From a virus (Duplodnaviria > Caudoviricetes): a DNA stretch of 59,387 nucleotides. The stretch is from IMG/VR virus record IMGVR_UViG_3300003894_000331, positions 1-59,387 of that record; one strand, written 5' to 3'. Within the stretch, counting starts at the first letter, position 1. Every line of letters begins with the position of its first letter. The notes under the pieces were generated by a model that worked only from the letters and a program-made list of their open reading frames with translations, had not been told where the DNA came from and searched no databases. Shown in pieces: positions 16,520 through 26,367 of the stretch. Position numbers and translations under genes: made by a program.

Positions 16520-17069
16520 TCATTGTTGGAATTGGGTGGAATTTGAAAAGGATGAAACCCGTAACTGGATAAATAAGCATTTGGTACGTGAGTATGATAA
16601 GTACCATTTCTTAACAGAATTACCGTTAAATCTTACTGAAGAAGAAATCAAATCACAAAGTGTTTATGACTTGATTGGTACTAAATGGATTGACCTTAAC
16701 ACAGAAATTGAAGACTGTGACAATGAATTTGGATGTGATTCTGCTTGGAGTCCTCCAGTAGGAATGTTACAGAGGCTTTCAGAAATGTTTCAGGACACAA
16801 TACAGATTGAATTTGAAGAACCTGGTTGTCAGGTTTTTGGATGTGTTAAGTTTATTAATGGAGAAACAGTTGAAGAAACTTGGTATGCAGATTTCTGGAA
16901 ATATTCTTGGGAATACCTTAAGGATAAAGAAAAAATCCTTAGTGAGTTGGACTGTTATGACCTGATTTCTTATCAAGAGTATACTTACCTAAAAGAAAAG
17001 GTAGGCATTACTGATGATGAGTTTAAAGAGTTAGAGGTTGAGATAGAAAAGGAGAAAGTTAATGGCTAA
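16512..17069 (+). CDS. YubB/DUF1281 ferredoxin-like domain protein
   Basis: MANHCWN...GTKW...DSAWSPP...FEEPGC signature. Confidence 0.8.
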   Translation: MANHCWNWVEFEKDETRNWINKHLVREYDKYHFLTELPLNLTEEEIKSQSVYDLIGTKWIDLNTEIEDCDNEFGCDSAWSPPVGMLQRLSEMFQDTIQIEFEEPGCQVFGCVKFINGETVEETWYADFWKYSWEYLKDKEKILSELDCYDLISYQEYTYLKEKVGITDDEFKELEVEIEKEKVNG

Positions 17070-17595
17070 AGAATGTAAGTATAGTAACTGTAATAATCCT
17101 GTATTCGGAGGAGGTTATTGTACATGGCACCAAGCTCATCGTACAGATAAAAAACCTAAAGGGTTAAAGAAAACCCCAATCAAGAAGATCCGGAAAGCTA
17201 CAGGAGAGCTCAAGATGTTTCATCAAATAGAATGTGAGAGAGCATTCAAATCACTCCTGAGTGATGAAATGTTGACTGATTATATTGGAACAGATCTCTA
17301 TGTTAATTGCTTTGCTCATATTATTCCTAAACGTGGACATAATGCTCTACCGTTTGCTAATACAGAGCAAAAAGAACGACTATTAAGGTTGAATAAGGAA
17401 AATGTAGTTTTGCTCACTCCTGTTGAACATAATCTCTTTGACCATGGCTCAGATAAAGATCGCCAGAGATATGCTGAGAAAATGCGTCTAAGGGGTAAGC
17501 ACATCGATTGGAACAAACTATTTACCATAAGAGATTATCTCTTAGAGAAGCTAAAACAAACCATAGAAAAGGAACGGATATATGGATATCAGTAA
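17062..17595 (+). CDS. HNH-family endonuclease with N-terminal C-C-C-H zinc finger
   Basis: CKYSNC...GYCTWH; FAHIIPK...ENVVLLTPVEHNLFD. Confidence 0.65.
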   Translation: MAKECKYSNCNNPVFGGGYCTWHQAHRTDKKPKGLKKTPIKKIRKATGELKMFHQIECERAFKSLLSDEMLTDYIGTDLYVNCFAHIIPKRGHNALPFANTEQKERLLRLNKENVVLLTPVEHNLFDHGSDKDRQRYAEKMRLRGKHIDWNKLFTIRDYLLEKLKQTIEKERIYGYQ

Positions 17596-17986
17596 AGTAA
17601 ATACAGATAAGCTCTATGATAAGCACATAAGACCGGTACACCCTAATGGTGAACATACAAGCTCTCAGATTACATTCTTAAAGGCATTCCAGAATAATGT
17701 ACTCAGAAATGAAGAAGATGTTATCACTATTGCGAAACGCTATAAATCATACGTTGATCAATGGCATATAACATATAGTGGTGTCAGTGAAGCATACATA
17801 GCAAAAGAAAACAGGATTAAGTCCTTCAAAGATTTCTTTATGTCAGGTATGCATAAATCTGAGTCATTCTCTAAAATGGATGCACGTTACATATATTTAT
17901 TCGGACAAGTAGAATATGGCAAAATCAAAGAAAAATTCCAAGCGTTCAAAAAACGAACAGAATCACCGTACAACACGAATAGCTGA
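17582..17986 (+). CDS. Hypothetical protein, possible initiator/helicase-loader-like
   Basis: Directly upstream of and overlapping the DnaB gene; inferred from position. Confidence 0.35.
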   Translation: MDISKVNTDKLYDKHIRPVHPNGEHTSSQITFLKAFQNNVLRNEEDVITIAKRYKSYVDQWHITYSGVSEAYIAKENRIKSFKDFFMSGMHKSESFSKMDARYIYLFGQVEYGKIKEKFQAFKKRTESPYNTNS

Positions 17987-19373
17987 TATCTCTCATGAAA
18001 ATTTAATTGAATTTGGTCGAATACAACCACAGGCCGTAGATATTGAGGAGAGTCTTTTAGGAACAATCACAAACAACGGTGATGTATCATACTTAAATAT
18101 ATTATTTTCTGAGTTGTTCTATAAAGACTCACATAAGCGCATTATGGAGGCTATAATTGAGCTAGCAGAGCGAAACGAGCCTGTTGACATGCTAACAGTC
18201 ACAAACCAGTTAAAATCTACTGGAGAGCTTGAAATGGTCGGAGGACCTTATTATCTCACAATGTTAACAGCACGTGGTTTATCTGCAGGTAGAATGGAGT
18301 ATCATATTCGAATACTTCATGAGTTCTGGATAAAGCGTGAAACTATCAGAATAAGCAGTGAGGCAACAAGAAAAGCTTTCGAAGATGTAAATGACTGTTT
18401 TGATATAGTTGATGACATGATAGATGAAGTGGATGAAATGTATGAGAGAGTTCTTGTGCAAGGATCCACGAAGATAACCAAGACTAAGGATATCACATTA
18501 GCTAAAATCAATGCTGCAATCTCTACTGGTGGACACAACTATTATGACGTAGGACTACCTAGATTCGATAATATAGTTAAGCTATCCGGAAACAATGTGA
18601 TACTTGTGGCTGCTAAGAATGGTTCTGGTAAGACTAAGCTTATCATATATCTAATGATGATGCTCTTTCGTAACTATGGAGATAAGATAGCTGCAAAGTG
18701 GTATTCCATGGAGGACGGTGATGATAAAATCATGCGTAATATGATTGCTAACAACATACGTCTTACAGATGATGAGCAAATGTCAAAAGGCCACAAGCTC
18801 ACAGCAGACCAGTTACAGCTTATAGCGAGCTCAGCAAATGATATATCAAAATACGACATAGAGTTCGTAAACAAACAGTCATCGATCAGAGACATCGGTA
18901 AGGACTTTAAAAAGTTTCGAGCTAAACGAAAAGAAAAGGATTTGAACTTCCTTATAATCGATAACCTGATGTTATTGGAAGATAATGGAGCACATCGGAC
19001 ACAAACAGAGGATGATGTTGCCATATGTAAGGTTATTGACTCATGGAATATAAAAACAGATAGACGAGGTGATCCAGTTGTGATACTTATTCATCACTTC
19101 AATGACGAGCAAATCAAAAGTATCAACCTTAAGAATGCATACAGACCTACTGAGGGCCATGTAAAGGGTAATGCTCGATATAGAGATATTGCCACAATGA
19201 TATGGTTATTAAACAGACCAGGACAGTATGCTGACTTAATATCAGAATATCCCGGAAAAGAAGATGTGTTAAAACAGATATTCCTGTTGGATGTTGTGAA
19301 GAACAGAAATAGTAAAACCGGTTTTCTCAGGTTCTTTATCGATCTTGGGTATAACATAATAGAAGAATTCTAA
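17916..19373 (+). CDS. dnaB: Replicative DNA helicase, DnaB family
   Basis: PQAVDIEESLLG, FYKDSHKRI, EPVDMLTVTNQL N-domain; Walker A AAKNGSGKT; IIDNL; VVKNRNSKTG. Confidence 0.9.
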   Translation: MAKSKKNSKRSKNEQNHRTTRIADISHENLIEFGRIQPQAVDIEESLLGTITNNGDVSYLNILFSELFYKDSHKRIMEAIIELAERNEPVDMLTVTNQLKSTGELEMVGGPYYLTMLTARGLSAGRMEYHIRILHEFWIKRETIRISSEATRKAFEDVNDCFDIVDDMIDEVDEMYERVLVQGSTKITKTKDITLAKINAAISTGGHNYYDVGLPRFDNIVKLSGNNVILVAAKNGSGKTKLIIYLMMMLFRNYGDKIAAKWYSMEDGDDKIMRNMIANNIRLTDDEQMSKGHKLTADQLQLIASSANDISKYDIEFVNKQSSIRDIGKDFKKFRAKRKEKDLNFLIIDNLMLLEDNGAHRTQTEDDVAICKVIDSWNIKTDRRGDPVVILIHHFNDEQIKSINLKNAYRPTEGHVKGNARYRDIATMIWLLNRPGQYADLISEYPGKEDVLKQIFLLDVVKNRNSKTGFLRFFIDLGYNIIEEF

Positions 19374-19391
19374 TTTAAAATTGCTAAAAGC

Positions 19392-20834
19392 ATGAAAGCA
19401 AAATTCAAAATCAAAAACTACAAGCTACACAAAGATGTAGAAGTACAAATGGAGGGTGGAAACCTGTACTTTGTCAAAGGGCCTAACGGTGTTGGTAAAA
19501 CATCATTCGTACAAGCCATTACTGATTTAGCACGTGGCACATCATCCAACAAACAGAAACTTACGTTCAATGAACTAAGTGGATACGTTTCCGGCACATT
19601 CAACTTAAATGGTGCTGATGGCGAAGTTTACCAGGTAATCATGGACTATGCTCAAGGAAAGCAGGATAAGTTCACATTGGTTAAGCCTGATGGAGAGAAA
19701 ACAAATAAGAAAACAGAGATTGCTGAGATCTTTAAATACAATGAGTTCACAGTTGAGGAATTCTTTGCGTGGGGATCTACTGCTGATGGCAGACGTAAGC
19801 AAGCTGCTATCTTCTTAAATCTACTCTCTGATGAAAATCAAGACCGTATTAAGGTTATCGACTCATTGATTAACACAAATACCGGAACTAAGTTCATCGA
19901 GCGTAGAGACGTTAACAGAGACTACAATCGTTATGAGGACCAACTCGGGCAAATGTTGTTAAATGCATTTGAAGAGGCGGTACACTCTAAGGGAGAACAG
20001 TGGACTGATGACTATGACAAAATGCTAAAAGAGCTTGAAGAAGCTAAACTTAGTAATGCAGGTCAGGATGGTACTGTTAAGAATAACCAATTGCTACTTG
20101 AACGTAAAGATGCTGCTGTTGAAGATTATGATAAGCTGGAAAATCAGTTCAATAATCAAATACAAAATCATAAGGATGAAATTCAACGTCTTGAAAAGCT
20201 TATTGCTGAGGAGAAGGAACAAATGGAAATAACTGAAGCAAGAAAAGCAGGAAGCCTTAAACTTGCAAAGGAAAAGGTTGATAACACTCATAAAGCCTAC
20301 ACAGAGGGTTATAAATCTACTGAGACTATCGACATTGAGCCACTCCAGCAAAAAGTGGATAAACAAAAAGAAGCTATTGCTGAGTACAATCGTATTTGCA
20401 GAATAGTCGAAACAAAGGCAGAAATGACCAAACAATTTGAGAAAACACGTAAGGATCGTGATAAGCTTACTGATGAAATAACAGAGCTATCTGAAGAACG
20501 TGCTAATATCATATCTGAAGGTATCTCCAATGATGGAAGAATACTTATCAATGAAGGAGAATTACTATACAGAACAACTGAGGGAGTGCTCGTGCCATTC
20601 AGCTCACAGAATATAAGCTATTCTGAAGCAGGTATGATCATATTTGAGTTAATGACACGTATCAATGATAAGTTCAAGATATGGGTTATCGGTAAAGCCA
20701 GTGAGTATGATAACACTCGCTTGGAACAAATGCTTGAAGTCGCCAAACAGCAAAATGGTATCATTGTCGCTGACATGGTTGACCGTACAGAAGAAGATTT
20801 TAAAATCGAGGTCTATGACGAAACAGACCATTAA
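19392..20834 (+). CDS. SMC/SbcC-like ATPase with long coiled coil
   Basis: IKNYK...GPNGVGKTS; central coiled coil; degenerate C-terminal signature and Walker B. Confidence 0.8.
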   Translation: MKAKFKIKNYKLHKDVEVQMEGGNLYFVKGPNGVGKTSFVQAITDLARGTSSNKQKLTFNELSGYVSGTFNLNGADGEVYQVIMDYAQGKQDKFTLVKPDGEKTNKKTEIAEIFKYNEFTVEEFFAWGSTADGRRKQAAIFLNLLSDENQDRIKVIDSLINTNTGTKFIERRDVNRDYNRYEDQLGQMLLNAFEEAVHSKGEQWTDDYDKMLKELEEAKLSNAGQDGTVKNNQLLLERKDAAVEDYDKLENQFNNQIQNHKDEIQRLEKLIAEEKEQMEITEARKAGSLKLAKEKVDNTHKAYTEGYKSTETIDIEPLQQKVDKQKEAIAEYNRICRIVETKAEMTKQFEKTRKDRDKLTDEITELSEERANIISEGISNDGRILINEGELLYRTTEGVLVPFSSQNISYSEAGMIIFELMTRINDKFKIWVIGKASEYDNTRLEQMLEVAKQQNGIIVADMVDRTEEDFKIEVYDETDH

Positions 20835-20845
20835 ATATAAATGAT

Positions 20846-21505
20846 ATGAACAAAGGTGACAAAGGAACGTCAAAAGTAAAGAGACTGAACAGATCCATGG
20901 GAGAGTTCGGTGAACAGGAAGTATGGGAATCCAATAACGGCAAACTCTATAAGAGTGTTATTGATTTGGAAGATGGAGCATCTGGACAGGTTTGGTCCAA
21001 GAAAGAAGATCCTCCATATAAAGAGGGTGACACTGTAAATTATACTGTAACACGTGTACATGAAAAGTATGGCCCTACTTTAAGTTGTAAAATACCTGAT
21101 GAAAATCGTCCTGGTGGTGGCGGTGGTAGAGGTAAATCACGTGAACTTGACCCCAATGCTAAAAAGCAGATAATGATGAACGTGGCTATATTCTCAGCAG
21201 TAACAACTGTTGACAGATTACGCCAACCTATCGACCTTGAAAGCTGTATCGATGAATACAGAGATTGGTTAATTACAAAGATACATGGAAGTGGCTACAA
21301 CGAAATTAATGCACAGTCAGCATTAAAGATGGCAGCAGCCCTTGCCGGTGCAGAAAAGCAAAATGTTGACTCACCTCAACAGGTGGTGATGTTAGCTAAT
21401 AGATTCTACGATAAAATAATGATGGGATGTCCGGACAGTCTGATCCAGCAAGCGAGTTCGAAAAGCTCAAACGAAAGCACGAACAGAGTAGGTCCACCGG
21501 CATAG
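20846..21505 (+). CDS. OB-fold ssDNA-binding/annealing-like protein
   Basis: Beta-rich N-domain (WESNNGKLY...LEDG...GQVWSK...EGDTVNYTV), Gly linker, helical C-domain; sits between ATPase and nuclease. Confidence 0.5.
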   Translation: MNKGDKGTSKVKRLNRSMGEFGEQEVWESNNGKLYKSVIDLEDGASGQVWSKKEDPPYKEGDTVNYTVTRVHEKYGPTLSCKIPDENRPGGGGGRGKSRELDPNAKKQIMMNVAIFSAVTTVDRLRQPIDLESCIDEYRDWLITKIHGSGYNEINAQSALKMAAALAGAEKQNVDSPQQVVMLANRFYDKIMMGCPDSLIQQASSKSSNESTNRVGPPA

Positions 21506-22467
21506 AAAAAGTAGAGAAACCAAAAGAGGAGAAGTCTGAGCCTATTAAACCTACCGTTAAGAAGCTGAGGCCTCCTCACATTGGTTATAAAGAGAATGGT
21601 GACATCGAGTATATCATGGTGTCACCATCTTTGATTACACGCTTTTTCTGGAAAGGAACACTCAACGAGAACATATGCTACAAGAAAGTATATCACACTA
21701 ATATCTTAAATGATGTCTATAATCCTTCTACACGTGTTCAAAACTATGGTAATTACTTTGAGTCAATGACTATAGGAAAACATCTTAAGGAGGGCGTATT
21801 TGACTTACCACGCAAATTAAACGGAGGTAAGACTGCTGATCATTTAAGAATCGATGAACAGATCCACAACTTTGATAGAGTATGTGAGATGCATAAGATT
21901 GAAGTAGATCCTGAATATGTACAATTTCATAAGAAGTATCACTTTGAGATGTCTGACGAGTTTAAAAGAAAGCATGACGTTATTGTGCTTGTCTCTCATA
22001 CTATTGACTTTATTTCACCTCTACAGCTTGAGGATAACTACTTTAAACGGATAGTTATTGATTTGAAGCTGCCAAGAGACAGAGATGGAGGATTTGGAAA
22101 GTATAACTGGGAACATCCTCAGTCATTGGATCATACTCAGATTATAATGTACAGCCTGCTAACAGGTTTACCTGGAACTTACTTGCTGTTTGATTATAAG
22201 CCTAGAGATTACGGTTACAAATTTGTACCGGTACTTACAACAGCTTACCTTGAAGCTTTGGGTGTTAAGGACGAAAACTATATAATGGAAGCCAACAACC
22301 GAAACAAGGAACTTTTTAAGAGCATCGAAAATACAGTTGAACTGATTATTCAGAAAGATGCATTAGGATGGGATGAATACCCTAGTGCGGAAAACTGTAA
22401 AGGATGTCCATTATCCTCCAAAATGGGAGGCACATGTAATTTATTCACTGAAATTAAAACAGTCTAA
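21427..22467 (+). CDS. PD-(D/E)xK exonuclease, Cas4/RecB-like
   Basis: GNYFE, TIDFI, VIDLK, QIIMY motifs; CYKK plus C-terminal CKGC...C. Confidence 0.8.
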   Translation: MSGQSDPASEFEKLKRKHEQSRSTGIEKVEKPKEEKSEPIKPTVKKLRPPHIGYKENGDIEYIMVSPSLITRFFWKGTLNENICYKKVYHTNILNDVYNPSTRVQNYGNYFESMTIGKHLKEGVFDLPRKLNGGKTADHLRIDEQIHNFDRVCEMHKIEVDPEYVQFHKKYHFEMSDEFKRKHDVIVLVSHTIDFISPLQLEDNYFKRIVIDLKLPRDRDGGFGKYNWEHPQSLDHTQIIMYSLLTGLPGTYLLFDYKPRDYGYKFVPVLTTAYLEALGVKDENYIMEANNRNKELFKSIENTVELIIQKDALGWDEYPSAENCKGCPLSSKMGGTCNLFTEIKTV

Positions 22468-22469
22468 AG

Positions 22470-23414
22470 ATGGCAAAGATTATCAACTTACCTGATGACA
22501 ACAGGACGGAATTAGAAGTATTCATTGAAGAGTACATCAAAAAGAACAAGATTACTTCTGATCGTTTCCCTGAAGATGCTGAGAGACACCGTAATGTTCC
22601 TATGAACATAAATATTGCGTCTCTTTATGAATCTATAAGGATGAGCTCAGTCGGACAAGCTAGAAATAAGTCCGTAACAGAACACTTTGAGGTGTTCGTC
22701 TATGTAATGAAAACATTGACAGAACTAAACGTTGAATTTGAACTATCCAACATCTTCATCAAAACTGGAGAGATTGCACACCTTGCACCTCAGAAAATGA
22801 AAGAACTCGGTATCACCGAACAGGATGCATCAGCAAACCATATTCCTAAAGTAATAGGACGTATTGATATACTTGATTGTATGGATGAAGATCGTAACCT
22901 TGCAATAGGTATCGGATATGATGAGAAATCAACAGTAATGGTATTTGGCACTAATATTACAGTATGCCAGAACATGTCAGTATTCGGTGATAACTTCATG
23001 ACTACTCGTGGACGTGATGCTATGAAACTGGATACTATTCTCGATAAGATAAAAGACCTTATTGGTACACGTAAAGCCATATGGGATGAGAATAACCGTG
23101 TTCTCAACAAAATGAAAGATGTAGAGCTTGAGTATGACTCATATTTACGTTTCTTCGGATGGTTATCTCATAATGCTGTAGGTAAAGCATACTTCCAAAA
23201 GAATTGGCCTTTCTCTATTGCAAAAACGAGTGAGTACTCCAAGAAAGTATGGGAGGAACACAAGGATATGGCTATAGCGGATATGACAATGACTCTATAT
23301 GAACTGTATAACCATGGAACATTCGTTCTTACGCATCAGGCTAAGATTAACGATGTATGGGGAGATCTTCAGTTATTTGGTAATTTATTCACAGAATACT
23401 TTGATTTAATATAA
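22470..23414 (+). CDS. DUF932/DUF3871-like protein
   Basis: FGTNITVCQNMSV and TLYELYNHGT motifs. Confidence 0.6.
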   Translation: MAKIINLPDDNRTELEVFIEEYIKKNKITSDRFPEDAERHRNVPMNINIASLYESIRMSSVGQARNKSVTEHFEVFVYVMKTLTELNVEFELSNIFIKTGEIAHLAPQKMKELGITEQDASANHIPKVIGRIDILDCMDEDRNLAIGIGYDEKSTVMVFGTNITVCQNMSVFGDNFMTTRGRDAMKLDTILDKIKDLIGTRKAIWDENNRVLNKMKDVELEYDSYLRFFGWLSHNAVGKAYFQKNWPFSIAKTSEYSKKVWEEHKDMAIADMTMTLYELYNHGTFVLTHQAKINDVWGDLQLFGNLFTEYFDLI

Positions 23415-23415
23415 T

Positions 23416-24537
23416 ATGAACTTTCAAATAAATGTAAGTGTGATGGCTGCGAAACTAAAGCAGCTATCACCTTTTGTTGGAGTTAAATCGACTCTGCCTA
23501 TCTTAGAATACATTCTACTGCATAAGGCTAAAGATGATAACAAGATGTATATGACAGGTACAAATCTGGAGCTCACTATGGTCACACATATTGAGGTGCC
23601 GGAAAAAGTAGAACCCTTTCATGTGTGCGTTAACTACACAGAGCTATTTAAGCTCATCTCTGCGCTTAACTATGACGAATACGAGGTAACTATCGAAAAG
23701 AATGAGATGGTGCTAACAAGCCCATTCCTGGATGTATTTAAGCTACCCCTGATAGAACCAGAAGGATTCCCTGAACTACCTTCTATGGAAATTAAGATGG
23801 AAGTAGAACTCAGTGCCAGTTTCGTAAGAAGTTGGTTTAATGATTTCGGTCCATTCGTAGGTAATGATGAGCTGCGTCCTGTAATGAGTGCAATCAACGT
23901 TGAGATCGAAAAGAAAGACATTACGATCGTAGCAACAAATGCACATATCCTACTTGCAAAGACATACAATGACTATTTGCCAAAGGAGTATGACTCTAAT
24001 CAATTTCTTATTCCTATCAAATCAGCTATTGTGAAGTCTATTACCGGTGAAAACGTTACATTCTCTGAAGGTGATACCAACATCCGTATCGAGGGAGATG
24101 TATACACTATCTATATTCGTAAGACTGAGGGTAAATACCCTAACTGGGAGGCTGTACTTCCTAAAAAAGATGAAGTTCAGGCTATCGAGATAAAAGTGAA
24201 CCGTGTTAAGTTCCTGGAGGCCCTGAAAGCTATCAGTGTACTCACCAATGAAACTAAAGCTCTTCAGATTCATGTTGAAGAGAAGAGAATACGTTTAATA
24301 GCAGAAAATTTAGATGTTAAAAAGTCAGGTAATGTATTTGTTGATGCTGAACCTTCATTTACTGAAGATAAAGTAGGATATCGTTATGACTTCCTTACAA
24401 CCGTTCTAAGTACTGCTACTGAGGAAGAGGTAACTCTTAAAGGAGCTCACAACAGAGCAGGTATAATTTATGAAGAATCCGATGAGGTGTACAAGAGAAT
24501 ACTTATAATGCCCGTAATGATAACTAACAATGGATAA
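23416..24537 (+). CDS. dnaN: DNA polymerase III beta sliding clamp
   Basis: STLPILEYILL, TGTNLEL, DELRPVMSAI, VATNAHIL, EGKYPNWEAVLP, C-terminal LIMPV; 373 aa. Confidence 0.93.
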   Translation: MNFQINVSVMAAKLKQLSPFVGVKSTLPILEYILLHKAKDDNKMYMTGTNLELTMVTHIEVPEKVEPFHVCVNYTELFKLISALNYDEYEVTIEKNEMVLTSPFLDVFKLPLIEPEGFPELPSMEIKMEVELSASFVRSWFNDFGPFVGNDELRPVMSAINVEIEKKDITIVATNAHILLAKTYNDYLPKEYDSNQFLIPIKSAIVKSITGENVTFSEGDTNIRIEGDVYTIYIRKTEGKYPNWEAVLPKKDEVQAIEIKVNRVKFLEALKAISVLTNETKALQIHVEEKRIRLIAENLDVKKSGNVFVDAEPSFTEDKVGYRYDFLTTVLSTATEEEVTLKGAHNRAGIIYEESDEVYKRILIMPVMITNNG

Positions 24538-24940
24538 AGCTATAATAAAAGTAACAGCAGAGGCTGAATTTGATGTTAATCTGGAAGAGATGTATGACAT
24601 TAATTCTATTATCAACGACTTTACTGATGACCAATATTTTCTTAGGGGGATAAAAAGAGACTCAACTGCTGAGTGTAAGGCACATGCTGTAAAGCTTAAG
24701 AACATTGAATACAAGTTCAAAAAGTATGGTGTAGTTGTTCTTACTGATAAACATTATTATTGGGTGCAATTCAATGCAGGAAATGCAGCAGAAGAGCCTA
24801 CTCACCTTAGATTACAGCATTGTGATCCTAAGAAAGCGTATGATAAAGATCCTACAGAGTGGATGCCTATCCAAAATGATGGAATGATAAAGCTAACTGA
24901 ATCCGTCAGTTTTCATGTAAGTAAAATCAGGAAGATATGA
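24530..24940 (+). CDS. Hypothetical protein
   Basis: 136-aa coupled ORF. Confidence 0.7.
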   Translation: MDKAIIKVTAEAEFDVNLEEMYDINSIINDFTDDQYFLRGIKRDSTAECKAHAVKLKNIEYKFKKYGVVVLTDKHYYWVQFNAGNAAEEPTHLRLQHCDPKKAYDKDPTEWMPIQNDGMIKLTESVSFHVSKIRKI

Positions 24941-25422
24941 TACGAGGTAAAACATTAGAAGCAGATCTCAATAAGTTCAATATTATGTTCGGATATTACG
25001 ACTATGACTCTTTGGAAGAAGTACCTGTAGAGCAGGCTAATTGTATAAACTTGTCATCTATTGATCAGGACTCTGAAGTGTATATTCCAATAGGAACGTA
25101 TATCAGAACTCCAAAAAAGAAGCCTGTTACTCTGGAGTGGATACTTGAAAAGGTAAATAAAGCCTCACAGTTCAAAAATCTTACAGAGCACATGAAGAAA
25201 GTAGTTTCCGGCAATAACATTGACGTATACCCGACATCATACGGTGTTGGTATGTTTAGGTTATTTGGGATAGAAAAAGGCATTCTTGTACGTGTAAAGA
25301 AGTTCTTTGATGACAATAACATTGAGTACACTAATGAATTCAGTGACGCTCGATGGGTATATAGATTCAAGGTGTCTAAGAAAGCTGAGAATATTAAACG
25401 ACTTAAGGAGATACTATCATGA
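24937..25422 (+). CDS. Hypothetical protein
   Basis: 161-aa coupled ORF (ATGA overlaps). Confidence 0.7.
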   Translation: MIRGKTLEADLNKFNIMFGYYDYDSLEEVPVEQANCINLSSIDQDSEVYIPIGTYIRTPKKKPVTLEWILEKVNKASQFKNLTEHMKKVVSGNNIDVYPTSYGVGMFRLFGIEKGILVRVKKFFDDNNIEYTNEFSDARWVYRFKVSKKAENIKRLKEILS

Positions 25423-25610
25423 CTGAAAGTAAAGACGGCCTATGCCCTAATTGTAAATCAAGCTCATCTTTTCAGGATGGGATATCAAGTTTTATAATTT
25501 ATCAAACTTGCAAGTCTTGTAGTGCTGAGTACTATGAGGATGTAAATAAAATGTTTATGCGTTATGAGTATCAAATGGACAAAAGCAGAATTGCAAAAGA
25601 AGATCGATGA
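25419..25610 (+). CDS. Small zinc-ribbon protein
   Basis: CPNC...CKSC. Confidence 0.6.
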   Translation: MTESKDGLCPNCKSSSSFQDGISSFIIYQTCKSCSAEYYEDVNKMFMRYEYQMDKSRIAKEDR

Positions 25611-26367
25611 AGGTAAGGTAAAAGTTGATAAAGAACAACTCACAGGAGGTACTAGCCTTTTTAGCGAAAAAGAGATGATCAAGACGATTAAGGATGATGA
25701 CATCAAAAAAGTAGCTGAAAAGGTTAGCTCCCTTGAGAGGGATGTTCTTAACACACGTGCCATATGGGTCCCGGGAAATGTACCATCAAGTAAAAACAAC
25801 TACCAGATAGTTATATTTCCTAAGAACATCAGCACATGCTGTAAAGAACCCGTGTTTAAGCCTAAAGACAGTAAGATTTATATATGTTCCAGATGCAATA
25901 AGGTTGCCAACAGAGTAGAAACAAGAACTATTGCTGCAGGTAAAACTATTGTAAAGTATAAAAAGGAAACATTAAAATACTGGCAAGAGCTTGGACAGGT
26001 ATTTAAGTTCATGACTCGGAATATGACTCCCCCTTACTATGTAGGATTCTACTTTGTACGTAGCTCACGTAGGATCTTTGATTATATCAACGCTGCTCAA
26101 GTAATACAGGATATCATGGGTAATGGTATAAAGCAACAAAAGCTTATTATATCTGAGCCATGGATGGAAGATGATGATACTGATAACATCAATCCTTTAT
26201 TTCTAGGAACACATGTTGACTCTAATGCACCAGGTATCTATATAAGACCTGTAGGCGAGCTTGTAGGACATTTCTTCAAGCTGATAACGAATCCTGCCGA
26301 ATTTGATATGACGCTCCTCACAGAGCAAATAAATGACTTTAAAAAGGAATACGATGAAGATATATAA
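25564..26367 (+). CDS. RusA-like Holliday junction resolvase with zinc-ribbon insertion
   Basis: WVPGNVPSSKN, YFVRSSRRIFDYINAAQVIQD, WMEDDD; inserted CCKE...CSRC. Confidence 0.7.
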   Translation: MSIKWTKAELQKKIDEGKVKVDKEQLTGGTSLFSEKEMIKTIKDDDIKKVAEKVSSLERDVLNTRAIWVPGNVPSSKNNYQIVIFPKNISTCCKEPVFKPKDSKIYICSRCNKVANRVETRTIAAGKTIVKYKKETLKYWQELGQVFKFMTRNMTPPYYVGFYFVRSSRRIFDYINAAQVIQDIMGNGIKQQKLIISEPWMEDDDTDNINPLFLGTHVDSNAPGIYIRPVGELVGHFFKLITNPAEFDMTLLTEQINDFKKEYDEDI

